From contig NC_134025.1 in assembly GCF_964204645.1 (NCBI RefSeq), positions 14,570,001 to 14,634,000 of the forward strand: DNA of 64,000 bases, given 5' to 3'. Shown here in pieces: positions 14,501-29,174 of the stretch (position 1 is the stretch's first letter; every line of letters starts with the position of its first letter). Position numbers and translations under genes: made by a program. Origin of the DNA: Tubulanus polymorphus (lineage: Eukaryota > Animalia > Nemertea). The notes below the pieces were generated by a model. The model did no database searches, had not been told where the DNA came from, and was given only the letters and a program-made list of their open reading frames with translations.

Positions 14501-16760
14501 ACAATTTTTTTTTTTGGTTTTGTCGCCCGCGACAATTCATTAGTCTGGTTTTATCGCCTGCGACAATTCAATATTTTGGTTTTGTCGCCCGCGACAATTC
14601 AATATTTTGGTTTTGTCGCTTGCGACAAATCATTACTTTGGTTTTATCTCCAGCGACAATTCATTATTTTGGTTTTATATTTTGTTTTAGTCGCCCGCGA
14701 CAATTTTTTTCTGGTTTTGTCGCCCGCGACAATTCAATATTTTGGTATTGTCTCCAGCGACAATTCATTATTTTGGTTTTGTCGGCCGCGACAATTCTTC
14801 TTTTTGGTTTTGTCGCCCGCGACAATTCATTATTTTGGTTTTATATTTTGTTTTAGTCGCCCGCGACAATTTTTTTTTGGTTTTGTCGCCCGCGACAATT
14901 CAATATTTTGGTATTGTCGCCAGCGACAATTCATTATTTTGGTTTAATCGCCCGCGACAATTCAATATTTTGGTTTTATCGCCCGCGATAATTCATTATT
15001 TTGGTTTTATCGCCCGCGACAATTCAATATTTTGGTTTTGTCGCCCGCGAAAATTCAATATTTTGGTTTAATTGCTCACGACAATTCACTACTTTGGTTT
15101 CATCGCCAGCGACAATTCATTATTTTGGTTTTGTCGACCGCGACAATTCTTCTTTTTGGTTTTGTCGCCCGCGACAATTCATTATTTTGGTTTTATATTT
15201 TGTATTAGTCGCCCGCGACAATTTTTTTTTTTTGGTTTTGTCGCCCGCGACAATTCAATATTTTGGTTTTGTTGCCCGCGACAATTCATTATTTTGGTTT
15301 TGTCGCCCGAGACAATTCATCATTTTGGTTTCATCGCCGGCGACAATTCATTATTTTGGTTTTGTCGCTCGAGACAATTCATCATTTTGGTTTCATCGCC
15401 GGCGACAATTCATTATTTTGGTTTTGTCGCCCGCGACAATTCTTTTTTTGGTTTTGTCGCCCGCGACAATTCATTAGTTTGGTTTTGTCGCCCGCGACAA
15501 TTCATTATTTTGGTTTTGTCGCCCGCGACAATTCAATATTTTGGTTTTGTCGCCTGCGAAAATTCAATATTTTGGTTTAATTGCTCACGACAATTCACTA
15601 CTTTGGTTTCATCGCCAGCGACAATTCATTACTTTGGTTCTGTCGACCGCGACAATTCTTCTTTTTGGTTTTGTCGCCCGCGACAATTCATTATTTTGGT
15701 TTTATATTTTGTATTAGTCGCCCGCGACAATTCAATATTTTGGTTTTGTCGCCCGCGACAATTCAATATTTTGGTTTTGTCGCCCGAGACAATTCATCAT
15801 TTTGGTTTCATCGCCGGCGACAATTCTTTTTTTGGTTTTGTCGCCCGCGACAATTCATTAGTTTGGTTTTGTCGCCCGCGACAATTCATTATTTTGGTTT
15901 TGTCGCCCGCGACAATTCAATATTTTGGTTTTGTCACCCGCGAAAATTCAATATTTTGGTTTAATTGCTCACGACAATTCACTATTTTGGTTTCATCGCC
16001 AGCGACAATTCATTATTTTGGTTTTGTCGACCGCGACAATTCTTCTTTTTGGTTTTGTCGCCCGGGACAATTCATTAGTCTGGTTTTATTGCCTGCGACA
16101 ATTCAATATTTTGGTTTTGTCGCCCGCGACAATTCAATATTTTGGTTTTGTCGCTTGCGACAATTCATTACTTTGGTTTTATCTCCAGCGACAATTCATT
16201 ATTTTGGTTTTATATTTTGTTTTAGTCGCCCGCGACAATTTTTTTCTGGTTTTGTCGCCCGCGACAATTCAATATTTTGGTATTGTCGCCAGCGACAATT
16301 CATTATTTTGGTTTAATCGCACGCGACAATTCAATATTTTGGTTTTATCGCCCGCGATAATTCATTATTTTGGGTTTATCGCCCGCGACAATTCAATATT
16401 TTGGTTTTATCGCCCGCGATAATTCATTATTTTGGTTTTATTGCCCGTGACAATTCATTATTTTGGTTTTGTCGCCAGCGACAATTCATTATTTTGGTTT
16501 AATCGCACGCGACAATTCAATATTTTGGTTTTATCGCCCGCGATAATTCATTATTTTGGGTTTATCGCCCGCGACAATTCAATATTTTGGTTTTATCGCC
16601 CGCGATAATTCATTATTTTGGTTTTATTGCCCGTGACAATTCATTATTTTGGTTTTGTCGCACGAGACAATTCATTATTTTGGTTTTATCGCCCGCGATA
16701 ATTCATTATTTTGGTTTTATTGCCCGTGACAATTCATTATTTTGGTTTTGTCGCCCGAAG
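11577..16760 (+). repeat. 31-bp satellite array (consensus TTTTGGTTTTGTCGCCCGCGACAATTCATTA)
   Basis: Continuous tandem monomers with recurring blocks of variant monomers. Confidence 0.97.
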
Positions 16761-19040
16761 AAAATTTTGAAGACGCTTTGATCAATTACCTTGATCTTTC
16801 ATTTATATTTGAATCTACCAAAGGCCCATAAGCATAAGAAAATTGGGTCGATCTGACTCAAGATGGCCGTCCTATGACCATTTTAGTGCCCAAAAATGTC
16901 AATTTTGGCCAGAATTCTGGTCCTGTAGCTTCCTACTGGTTTGCCATTTCTCATTGCAATTGCTGATGGATATGCTTTAGAGAGGGATGTTTTATACCTG
17001 GGACAGGTATTTTTGATCAGCCAATTATGACGCAATTGGCGGCCATCTTGGTGTCATCAGTACTCATTCGTAGGTGGGAAAAAGTTTTTCCACAATTAAT
17101 TGATACCTAAGCATAATGTGTTACTATATTCAATTGGAAAGTTGTAGCCCATAACGTGTTCTATGATTTTGGTGAGTTTCAAGGTCATTGGTTTTTGTAT
17201 GTGGCCATCAGGGGGCGTTGAATAATACAATAACTTAGTATCGCTATATTATATTTGTACCAAGGCATATTTTGTTACCATGATCAATGGCAAAGTTGTA
17301 GTTCATGCAATCGTCTATGATTGTGGTGAGTTTTTAAGGACATTAGTTATTCCATATAGTCACCAGGGGGCGTTGAATAGTAGAAAAGCTTAGTTTTTCC
17401 TTATAAGATTGGTACCTAGGCATAGTTTGTTACCACGATCCATTGCAAAGTTGTAGTTCATGACATCGGCTATGATTGTGGTGAGTTTTTGAGGACATTA
17501 GTCATTCCATATAGTCACCAGGGGGCGCTGAATAGTAGAATGGCTTAGTATTTCCTTATTAGATTGGTACCTAGGCATATTTTGTTACTGTGATCAATTG
17601 CAAAGTTGTATTTCATGACATGTACTACGATTGTGGTGAGTTTTAAGGTCATTGGGTTTTGAATATGGTCACCAGGGGGCGTTGAATAGTAGAATAACTT
17701 AGTATTTCCATATTAAAGTTTTGAAGACGCTTCAAGGTAATGTCTCGATATTTGGTTTATACATGTATCTACCCTAGACACATCGTCAGCCCAAAAACTG
17801 GCCCTGTCAGATTCAAGATGACCGACTGGCAGCCATTGTTGTTTGCCAAAATCAGCACTTTTTAAACATTTTCGAAGTTTTCGTGGGAAATTTTGAAGAC
17901 GCTTTGATCAATTACCTTGATCTTTCGTTTATAATTGAATCTACCAAAGGCCCATCAGCATAAGAAAATTGGGTCGATCTGACTCAAGATGGCCGTCCTA
18001 TGTCCTTTTTAGTGCCGAAAAATGTCAATTTTGGCCAGAATTCTAGGTCCTGTAGCTTCCTACTGGTTTGCCATTTCTCATTGCAATTGCTGATGGATAT
18101 TCTTTAGAGAGGGATGTTTTATACCTGGGACAGGTATTTTTGATCAGCCAATTATGACGCAATTGGCAGCCATCTTGGTGTCATCAGTACTCATTCGTAG
18201 GTGGGAAAAAGTTTTTCCACAATTAATTGATACCTAAGCATATTGTGTTACTATATTCAATTGGAAAGTTGTAGCCCATAACGTGTTCTATGATTTTGGT
18301 GAGTTTCAAGGTCATTGGTTTTTGTATGTAGCCATCAGGGGGCGTTGAATAATACAATAACTTAGTATCGCTATATTATATTTGTACCAAGGCATATTTT
18401 GTTACCATGATCAATGGCAAAGTTGTAGTTCATGACATCGTCTATGGTTGTGGTGAGTTTTTAAGGACATTAGTTATTCCATATAGTCACCAGGGGGCGT
18501 TGAATAGTAGAAAAGCTTAGTATTTCCTTATTAGATTGGTACCTAGGCATAGTTTGTTACCACGATCCATTGCAAAGTTGTAGTTCATGACATCGTCTAT
18601 GATTGTGGTGAGTTTTTAAGGACATTAGTTATTCCATATAGTCACCAGGGGGCGCTGAATAGTAGAATGGCTTAGTATTTCCTTATTAGATTGGTACCTA
18701 GGCATATTTTGTTACTATGATCAATTGCAAAGTTGTATTTCATGACATGTACTACGATTGTGGTGAGTTTTAAGGTCATTGGGTTGGTGCATATGGTCAC
18801 CAGGGGTCGTTGAATAGTAGAATAACTTAGTATTTCCATATTAAATTGGTAACGAGGCATATTTTGTTATCACAATCGATTACAAAATCATAGCTGCTCA
18901 CATGTTCTATGATAGTGGTGGGTTTCAAGGTCATTGGTTTTTGTATATGGTCACTAGAGGGCGTTATGTATTGAAATTGTTAGATTGTTGAGCATTTGAA
19001 ACCACTGCCCAAGTGAGCATGGTGTCCCTGGACCCCTAGT
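16760..19040 (+). mobile_element. Nested Helitron/Helentron-like element (family D) with ~122-bp internal subrepeats, 5' truncated
   Basis: Subrepeats 'agtcaccagggggcgttgaatagtagaa..gtacctaggcat'; ~1.13-kb internal duplication (16762 vs 17889); 3' end caagtgagca..gtcc-ct-ggac..ctagt directly before satellite. Confidence 0.6.
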
Positions 19041-19345
19041 TTGGTTTTGTCGCCAGCGACAATTCATTATTTTGGTTTTGTCGCACGCAACAATTCAATA
19101 GTTTGTTTTTGTCGTCCGCGACACTTCATTATTTTGGTTTCATCGCGCGCAACAATTCAATATTTTGGTTTTAACGCCCGGGGAAATTCATTATTGTGGT
19201 TTTATCGCCCGCGACAATTCATTATTTTGGTTTTATCGCCCGCGACAATTCATTATTTTTGTTTTGTCGCCCGTGAAAATTCAATATTTTGGTTTATTCA
19301 CCCGCGACAATTCATAATTTTGGTTTTGTCGCCCGTGGTTTTGTC
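19041..19345 (+). repeat. 31-bp satellite, short diverged array
   Basis: About 10 monomers. Confidence 0.9.
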
Positions 19346-20764
19346 GGAACATTAAGTTTTTGGTCGAACAGTGTGTTAAGGTTGTTTTGGAAATTTACTC
19401 GGTCTGGTATATTTTGGATTACTGTGTATGTCATTTGTCAGGACATTAAACAGAAGACGACTTAGGAAACTACCTTGCGTGACTCCACTAGTTAGACCGT
19501 CTCATTCCAAGATGAGGCGTTCCGTTGATTTCGGTTACAAGTTTCCGTTCAGAGATAACTGCTGTGCCATTTGGGCGACCTATCATTGATACTGTTTCCT
19601 AATAGCCTGTTCAGTAAGGGCTGATGTTGAGCCTTATCAAATGCTTTGTTGAAATCCACCGTTGAACAGGATTCTAAGACTGTGCAGAAAACCCGTTATC
19701 GCTGCTTTGCAGCTATATTTATATTTATTATTTATTATTTTCTTCCACACTATTTTTACCAAAAGAACATAGGCTTTGATACCTTACCGCTGTTTCATAT
19801 ACAATCCATATAATATCGTTCAGCTCACTGAGATCTACAAATAGCCCGCGTGTTTTTTCACGAATCATCGTTACAAAAGCGCTGTCGGGCCGTAAACATC
19901 GAAAATTTAGCCCCATTCAATGAGGCGACATGTTTTTCGAGTCGTCATCCCGAAATCAACCCGCAGGCCGACTGTCACTTCGATTATCAATTCAAGTATA
20001 AATGAACTAATTTATTGCCGCAGACTTCAAATTCAGTCGCGGTCTTCAAACAGTGATTTTAACAATAGCCCATTTTCCTCATCAAATCATATTACCGATA
20101 CACTGGAAATTTACTACTTTAGATTTTAAAAGCACTGTCGAGCCGTAAACATCGACGAATCGACGTGTGTTACTACATCGTCGTTCCGGGGATCAGCTGC
20201 GAGTTTCTCCTCATCATGAGAATCAAATCGAGTACAAATTAATTTATTACTACCAGTGATTTGGCTGCGGGTTTCAAGGAGTTAGTATAACAATACCTAT
20301 TTTTCTTTACCGAATTAACCGTGTATTTACTAAGATAGATCTTTAGTGTACCGGGGAATCGTAGGCCTAAACTAAACACGCCGAAGAGATATAGCGGAGA
20401 AAAGCTGTTATGTCGACGAGGTATCAAAATAAAAGAATATATTACTTTATTCGGCCGCGGACCTCTATATCAATACCATCAATACTCTATATTTCCTACA
20501 GTACATACCGATCATTGTCAAATCCACAAGGTATTTACTAAATACAAGTATATAACACACTCCTATCCGTATGCTGGACTCACACTTGACATTCGGAGTA
20601 AGCGTTCGCTGTGGGGGAAAGGAGATCGTTCGCTGTGTCGCTTGAAGTGTTTATCGAGTTTTACGCGACCTTAAAGCTTTAGTATGGTGGCTGATAAGAT
20701 AAAAAAACACGAATATGCAAATGAGGGCGACATTACGACAAAACTAAAATAACGCAAGAAAACA

Positions 20765-23700
20765 ATGATTTTGATTTTGTCGCCCGCGACAATTCATTAT
20801 TTTGGTTTTATCGCCCACGACAATTCAATATTTTGGTTTTATCGCTTGCGATAATTCATTATTTTGGTTTGTCGCGTGAGAAAATTCATTATTTTGGTTT
20901 TATCGCCCGCGACAATTCATTATTACTGTTTTAGCGCCCGCGACAATTCATTATTTTGGTTTTGTCGCCCGCGACAATTCACCATTTTGGTTTTGTCGCC
21001 CGCGACAATTCATTATTTTGGTTTTGTCGCCCGCGACAATTCATTATTTTGGTTTTATCGCCCGCGACAATTCATTATTACTGTTTTATCGCCCGCGACA
21101 ATTCATTATTTTGGTTTTGTCGCCCGCGACAATTCACCATTTTGGTTTTGTCGCCCGCGACAATTCATTATTTTGGTTTTGTCGCCCGCGACAATTCATT
21201 ATTTTGGTTTTATCGCCCGCGACAATTCATTATTTGGGTTTTATCGCCTGCGACAATTCATTATTTTGGTTTTGTCGCCCGCGACAATTCTTGTTTTTGG
21301 TTTTGACGCCCGCGACAATTCATTATTTTGGTTTTATACTTTGTTTTTGTCGCCCGCGACAATTCAATATTTTGGTTTTGTTGCCCGCGGCAATTCATTA
21401 TTTTGGTTTTATCTCCCGCGACAATTCAATATTTTGGTTTTATCGCCCACGACAATTCAATATTTTGGTTTTATCGCCCGCGATAATTCATTATTTTGGT
21501 TTTGTCGCGTGAGAAAATTCATTATTTTGGTTTTATCGCGCGATAAAACATTATTTTGGTTTTGTCGCCCGCGACAATTCACCATTTTGGTTTTGTCGCC
21601 CGCGACAATTCATTATTTTGGTTTTGTCGGCCGCGACAATTCATTATTTTGGTTTTGTCGCCCGCGACAATTCATTATTTTGGTTTTATCGCCCGCGACA
21701 ATTCATTATTTTGGTTTTGTCGCCCCGACAATTCTTTTTTTGGTTTTGTCGCCCGCAACAATTCAATATTTTGGTTTTATCGCCCGCGACAATTCAATAT
21801 TTTGGTTTTATCGCCCACGACAATTCATTACTTTGGTTTTATCTCCAGCGACAATTCATTATTTTGGTTTTGTCGCCCGCGACAATTCTTGTTTTTGGTT
21901 TTGACGCCTGCGACAATTCATTACTTTCGTTTTATACTTTGTTTTTGTCGGCCGCGACAATTCATTATTTTGGTTTTGTCGGCCGCGACAATTCTTCTTT
22001 TTGGTTTTGTCGCCCGCGACAATTCATTATTTTGGTTTTATATTTTGTTTTAGTCGCCTGCGACAATTTTTTTTTGGTTTTGTCGCCCGCGACAATTCAA
22101 TATTTTGGTATTGTCGCCAGCGACAATTCATTATTTTGGTTTAATCGCCCGCGACAATTCAATATTTTGGTTTTATCGCCCGCGATAATTCATTATTTTG
22201 GTTTTATCGCCCGCGACAATTCAATATTTTGGTTTTGTCGCCCGCGAAAATTCAATATTTTGGTTTAATTGCTCACGACAATTCACTACTTTGGTTTCAT
22301 CGCCAGCGACAATTCATTATTTTGGTTTTGTCGACCGCGACAATTCTTCTTTTTGGTTTTGTCGCCCGCGACAATTCATTATTTTGGTTTTATATTTTGT
22401 ATTAGTCGCCCGCGACAATTTTTTTTTTTGGTTTTGTCGCCCGCGACAATTCAATATTTTGGTTTTGTTGCCCGCGACAATTCATTATTTTGGTTTTGTC
22501 GCCCGAGACAATTCATCATTTTGGTTTCATCGCCGGCGACAATTCATTATTTTGGTTTTGTCGCTCGAGACAATTCATCATTTTGGTTTCATCGCCGGCG
22601 ACAATTCATTATTTTGGTTTTGTCGCCCGCGACAATTCTTTTTTTGGTTTTGTCGCCCGCGACAATTCATTAGTTTGGTTTTGTCGCCCGCGACAATTCA
22701 TTATTTTGGTTTTGTCGCCCGCGACAATTCAATATTTTGGTTTTGTCGCCTGCGAAAATTCAATATTTTGGTTTAATTGCTCACGACAATTCACTACTTT
22801 GGTTTCATCGCCAGCGACAATTCATTACTTTGGTTCTGTCGACCGCGACAATTCTTCTTTTTGGTTTTGTCGCCCGCGACAATTCATTATTTTGGTTTTA
22901 TATTTTGTATTAGTCGCCCGCGACAATTTTTTTTTTGGTTTTGTCGCCCGCGACAATTCAATATTTTGGTTTTGTCGCCCGCGACAATTCATTATTTTGG
23001 TTTTGTCGCCCAAGACAATTCATCATTTTGGTTTCATCGCCGGCGACAATTCTTTTTTTGGTTTTGTCGCCCGCGACAATTCATTAGTTTGGTTTTGTCG
23101 CCCGCGACAATTCATTAGTTTGGTTTTGTCGCCCGCGACAATTCATTATTTTGGTTTTGTCGCCCGCGACAATTCAATATTTTGGTTTTGTCACCCGCGA
23201 AAATTCAATATTTTGGTTTAATTGCTCACGACAATTCACTATTTTGGTTTCATCGCCAGCGACAATTCATTATTTTGGTTTTGTCGCCCGCGACAATTCA
23301 TTATTTTGGTTTTATATTTTGTATTAGTCGCCCGCGACAATTCAATATTTTGGTTTTGTCGCCCGCGACAATTCATTATTTTGGTTTTGTCGCCCGAGAC
23401 AATTCATCATTTTGGTTTCATCGCCGGCGACAATTCTTTTTTTGGTTTTGTCGCCCGCGACAATTCATTAGTTTGGTTTTGTCGCCCGCGACAATTCATT
23501 ATTTTGGTTTTGTCACCCGCGAAAATTCAATATTTTGGTTTAATTGCTCACGACAATTCACTATTTTGGTTTCATCGCCAGCGACAATTCATTATTTTGG
23601 TTTTGTCGACCGCGACAATTCTTCTTTTTGGTTTTGTCGCCCGGGACAATTCATTAGTCTGGTTTTATTGCCTGCGACAATTCAATATTTTGGTTTTGTC

Positions 23701-26588
23701 GCCCGCGACAATTCAATATTTTGGTTTTGTCGCTTGCGACAATTCATTACTTTGGTTTTATCTCCAGCGACAATTCATTATTTTGGTTTTATATTTTGTT
23801 TTAGTCGCCCGCGACAATTTTTTTCTGGTTTTGTCGCCCGCGACAATTCAATATTTTGGTATTGTCTCCAGCGACAATTCATTATTTTGGTTTTGTCGGC
23901 CGCGAAAATTCTTCTTTTTGGTTTTGTCGCCCGCGACAATTCATTATTTTGGTTTTATATTTTGTTTTAGTCGCCCGCGACAATTTTTTTTTGGTTTTGT
24001 CGCCCGCGACAATTCAATATTTTGGTATTGTCGCCAGCGACAATTCATTATTTTGGTTTAATCGCACGCGACAATTCAATATTTTGGTTTTATCGCCCGC
24101 GATAATTCATTATTTTGGTTTTATCGCCCGCGACAATTCATTATTTTGGTTTTGTCGCCCGAGACAATTCATTAGTTTGGTTTTGTCGCCCACGACAATT
24201 CAATATTTTGGTTTTATCGCCCACGACAATTCATTACTTTGGTTTTATCTCCAGCGACAATTCATTATTTTGGTTTTGTCGCCCGCGACAATTCTTCTTT
24301 TGGTTTTGACGCCCGCGACAATTCATCATTTTGGTTTTATAATTTGTTTTTGTCGCCCGCGACAATTTTTTTTTTTGGTTTTGTCGCCCGCGACAATTCA
24401 TTAGTCTGGTTTTATCGCCTGCGACAATTCAATATTTTGGTTTTGTCGCTTGCGACAATTCATTACTTTGGTTTTATCTCCAGCGACAATTCATTATTTT
24501 GGTTTTATATTTTGTTTTAGTCGCCCGCGACAATTTTTTTCTGGTTTTGTCGCCCGCGACAATTCAATATTTTGGTATTGTCTCCAGCGACAATTCATTA
24601 TTTTGGTTTTGTCGGCCGCGACAATTCTTCTTTTTGGTTTTGTCGCCCGCGACAATTCATTATTTTGGTTTTATATTTTGTTTTAGTCGCCCGCGACAAT
24701 TTTTTTTTGGTTTTGTCGCCCGCGACAATTCAATATTTTGGTATTGTCGCCAGCGACAATTCATTATTTTGGTTTAATCGCCCGCGACAATTCAATATTT
24801 TGGTTTTATCGCCCGCGATAATTCATTATTTTGGTTTTATCGCCCGCGACAATTCAATATTTTGGTTTTGTCGCCCGCGAAAATTCAATATTTTGGTTTA
24901 ATTGCTCACGACAATTCACTACTTTGGTTTCATCGCCAGCGACAATTCATTATTTTGGTTTTGTCGACCGCGACAATTCTTCTTTTTGGTTTTGTCGCCC
25001 GCGACAATTCATTATTTTGGTTTTATATTTTGTATTAGTCGCCCGCGACAATTTTTTTTTTTGGTTTTGTCGCCCGCGACAATTCAATATTTTGGTTTTG
25101 TTGCCCGCGACAATTCATTATTTTGGTTTTGTCGCCCGAGACAATTCATCATTTTGGTTTCATCGCCGGCGACAATTCATTATTTTGGTTTTGTCGCTCG
25201 AGACAATTCATCATTTTGGTTTCATCGCCGGCGACAATTCATTATTTTGGTTTTGTCGCCCGCGACAATTCTTTTTTTGGTTTTGTCGCCCGCGACAATT
25301 CATTAGTTTGGTTTTGTCGCCCGCGACAATTCATTATTTTGGTTTTGTCGCCCGCGACAATTCAATATTTTGGTTTTGTCGCCTGCGAAAATTCAATATT
25401 TTGGTTTAATTGCTCACGACAATTCACTACTTTGGTTTCATCGCCAGCGACAATTCATTACTTTGGTTCTGTCGACCGCGACAATTCTTCTTTTTGGTTT
25501 TGTCGCCCGCGACAATTCATTATTTTGGTTTTATATTTTGTATTAGTCGCCCGCGACAATTCAATATTTTGGTTTTGTCGCCCGCGACAATTCAATATTT
25601 TGGTTTTGTCGCCCGAGACAATTCATCATTTTGGTTTCATCGCCGGCGACAATTCTTTTTTTGGTTTTGTCGCCCGCGACAATTCATTAGTTTGGTTTTG
25701 TCGCCCGCGACAATTCATTATTTTGGTTTTGTCGCCCGCGACAATTCAATATTTTGGTTTTGTCACCCGCGAAAATTCAATATTTTGGTTTAATTGCTCA
25801 CGACAATTCACTATTTTGGTTTCATCGCCAGCGACAATTCATTATTTTGGTTTTGTCGACCGCGACAATTCTTCTTTTTGGTTTTGTCGCCCGGGACAAT
25901 TCATTAGTCTGGTTTTATTGCCTGCGACAATTCAATATTTTGGTTTTGTCGCCCGCGACAATTCAATATTTTGGTTTTGTCGCTTGCGACAATTCATTAC
26001 TTTGGTTTTATCTCCAGCGACAATTCATTATTTTGGTTTTATATTTTGTTTTAGTCGCCCGCGACAATTTTTTTCTGGTTTTGTCGCCCGCGACAATTCA
26101 TTATTTTGGTATTGTCGCCAGCGACAATTCATTATTTTGGTTTAATCGCACGCGACAATTCAATATTTTGGTTTTATCGCCCGCGATAATTCATTATTTT
26201 GGGTTTATCGCCCGCGACAATTCAATATTTTGGTTTTATCGCCCGCGATAATTCATTATTTTGGTTTTATTGCCCGTGACAATTCATTATTTTGGTTTTG
26301 TCGCCAGCGACAATTCATTATTTTGGTTTAATCGCACGCGACAATTCAATATTTTGGTTTTATCGCCCGCGATAATTCATTATTTTGGGTTTATCGCCCG
26401 CGACAATTCAATATTTTGGTTTTATCGCCCGCGATAATTCATTATTTTGGTTTTATTGCCCGTGACAATTCATTATTTTGGTTTTGTCGCACGAGACAAT
26501 TCATTATTTTGGTTTTATCGCCCGCGATAATTCATTATTTTGGTTTTATTGCCCGTGACAATTCATTATTTTGGTTTTGTCGCCCGAA
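20765..26588 (+). repeat. 31-bp satellite array
   Basis: Tandem monomers. Confidence 0.97.
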
Positions 26589-28869
26589 GAAAATTTTGAA
26601 GACGCTTTGATCAATTACCTTGATCTTTCATTTATATTTGAATCTACCAAAGGCCCATAAGCATAAGAAAATTGGGTCGATCTGACTCAAGATGGCCGTC
26701 CTATGACCATTTTAGTGCCCAAAAATGTCAATTTTGGCCAGAATTCTGGTCCTGTAGCTTCCTACTGGTTTGCCATTTCTCATTGCAATTGCTGATGGAT
26801 ATGCTTTAGAGAGGGATGTTTTATACCTGGGACAGGTATTTTTGATCAGCCAATTATGACGCAATTGGCGGCCATCTTGGTGTCATCAGTACTCATTCGT
26901 AGGTGGGAAAAAGTTTTTCCACAATTAATTGATACCTAAGCATAATGTGTTACTATATTCAATTGGAAAGTTGTAGCCCATAACGTGTTCTATGATTTTG
27001 GTGAGTTTCAAGGTCATTGGTTTTTGTATGTGGCCATCAGGGGGCGTTGAATAATACAATAACTTAGTATCGCTATATTATATTTGTACCAAGGCATATT
27101 TTGTTACCATGATCAATGGCAAAGTTGTAGTTCATGCAATCGTCTATGATTGTGGTGAGTTTTTAAGGACATTAGTTATTCCATATAGTCACCAGGGGGC
27201 GTTGAATAGTAGAAAAGCTTAGTTTTTCCTTATAAGATTGGTACCTAGGCATAGTTTGTTACCACGATCCATTGCAAAGTTGTAGTTCATGACATCGGCT
27301 ATGATTGTGGTGAGTTTTTGAGGACATTAGTCATTCCATATAGTCACCAGGGGGCGCTGAATAGTAGAATGGCTTAGTATTTCCTTATTAGATTGGTACC
27401 TAGGCATATTTTGTTACTGTGATCAATTGCAAAGTTGTATTTCATGACATGTACTACGATTGTGGTGAGTTTTAAGGTCATTGGGTTTTGAATATGGTCA
27501 CCAGGGGGCGTTGAATAGTAGAATAACTTAGTATTTCCATATTAAAGTTTTGAAGACGCTTCAAGGTAATGTCTCGATATTTGGTTTATACATGTATCTA
27601 CCCTAGACACATCGTCAGCCCAAAAACTGGCCCTGTCAGATTCAAGATGACCGACTGGCAGCCATTGTTGTTTGCCAAAATCAGCACTTTTTAAACATTT
27701 TCGAAGTTTTCGTGGGAAATTTTGAAGACGCTTTGATCAATTACCTTGATCTTTCGTTTATAATTGAATCTACCAAAGGCCCATCAGCATAAGAAAATTG
27801 GGTCGATCTGACTCAAGATGGCCGTCCTATGTCCTTTTTAGTGCCGAAAAATGTCAATTTTGGCCAGAATTCTAGGTCCTGTAGCTTCCTACTGGTTTGC
27901 CATTTCTCATTGCAATTGCTGATGGATATTCTTTAGAGAGGGATGTTTTATACCTGGGACAGGTATTTTTGATCAGCCAATTATGACGCAATTGGCAGCC
28001 ATCTTGGTGTCATCAGTACTCATTCGTAGGTGGGAAAAAGTTTTTCCACAATTAATTGATACCTAAGCATATTGTGTTACTATATTCAATTGGAAAGTTG
28101 TAGCCCATAACGTGTTCTATGATTTTGGTGAGTTTCAAGGTCATTGGTTTTTGTATGTAGCCATCAGGGGGCGTTGAATAATACAATAACTTAGTATCGC
28201 TATATTATATTTGTACCAAGGCATATTTTGTTACCATGATCAATGGCAAAGTTGTAGTTCATGACATCGTCTATGGTTGTGGTGAGTTTTTAAGGACATT
28301 AGTTATTCCATATAGTCACCAGGGGGCGTTGAATAGTAGAAAAGCTTAGTATTTCCTTATTAGATTGGTACCTAGGCATAGTTTGTTACCACGATCCATT
28401 GCAAAGTTGTAGTTCATGACATCGTCTATGATTGTGGTGAGTTTTTAAGGACATTAGTTATTCCATATAGTCACCAGGGGGCGCTGAATAGTAGAATGGC
28501 TTAGTATTTCCTTATTAGATTGGTACCTAGGCATATTTTGTTACTATGATCAATTGCAAAGTTGTATTTCATGACATGTACTACGATTGTGGTGAGTTTT
28601 AAGGTCATTGGGTTGGTGCATATGGTCACCAGGGGTCGTTGAATAGTAGAATAACTTAGTATTTCCATATTAAATTGGTAACGAGGCATATTTTGTTATC
28701 ACAATCGATTACAAAATCATAGCTGCTCACATGTTCTATGATAGTGGTGGGTTTCAAGGTCATTGGTTTTTGTATATGGTCACTAGAGGGCGTTATGTAT
28801 TGAAATTGTTAGATTGTTGAGCATTTGAAACCACTGCCCAAGTGAGCATGGTGTCCCTGGACCCCTAGT
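26589..28869 (+). mobile_element. Family D element, duplicate of 16760-19040
   Basis: Essentially identical at +9829. Confidence 0.7.
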
Positions 28870-29174
28870 TTGGTTTTGTCGCCAGCGACAATTCATTATT
28901 TTGGTTTTGTCGCACGCAACAATTCAATAGTTTGTTTTTGTCGTCCGCGACACTTCATTATTTTGGTTTCATCGCGCGCAACAATTCAATATTTTGGTTT
29001 TAACGCCCGGGGAAATTCATTATTGTGGTTTTATCGCCCGCGACAATTCATTATTTTGGTTTTATCGCCCGCGACAATTCATTATTTTTGTTTTGTCGCC
29101 CGTGAAAATTCAATATTTTGGTTTATTCACCCGCGACAATTCATAATTTTGGTTTTGTCGCCCGTGGTTTTGTC
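28870..29174 (+). repeat. 31-bp satellite, short array
   Basis: Duplicate of 19041-19345. Confidence 0.9.

Larger units (their letters stand above)
10724..19720 (+). mobile_element. HINE-like family C unit inflated to ~9 kb by satellite and a nested element
   Basis: 5' hairpin tagggttttctg-ttatttca-cagaaaacccta at 10726; 3' gtgcagaaaacccgttatcgctgctttgcagctatattt ending at 19720. Confidence 0.7.
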
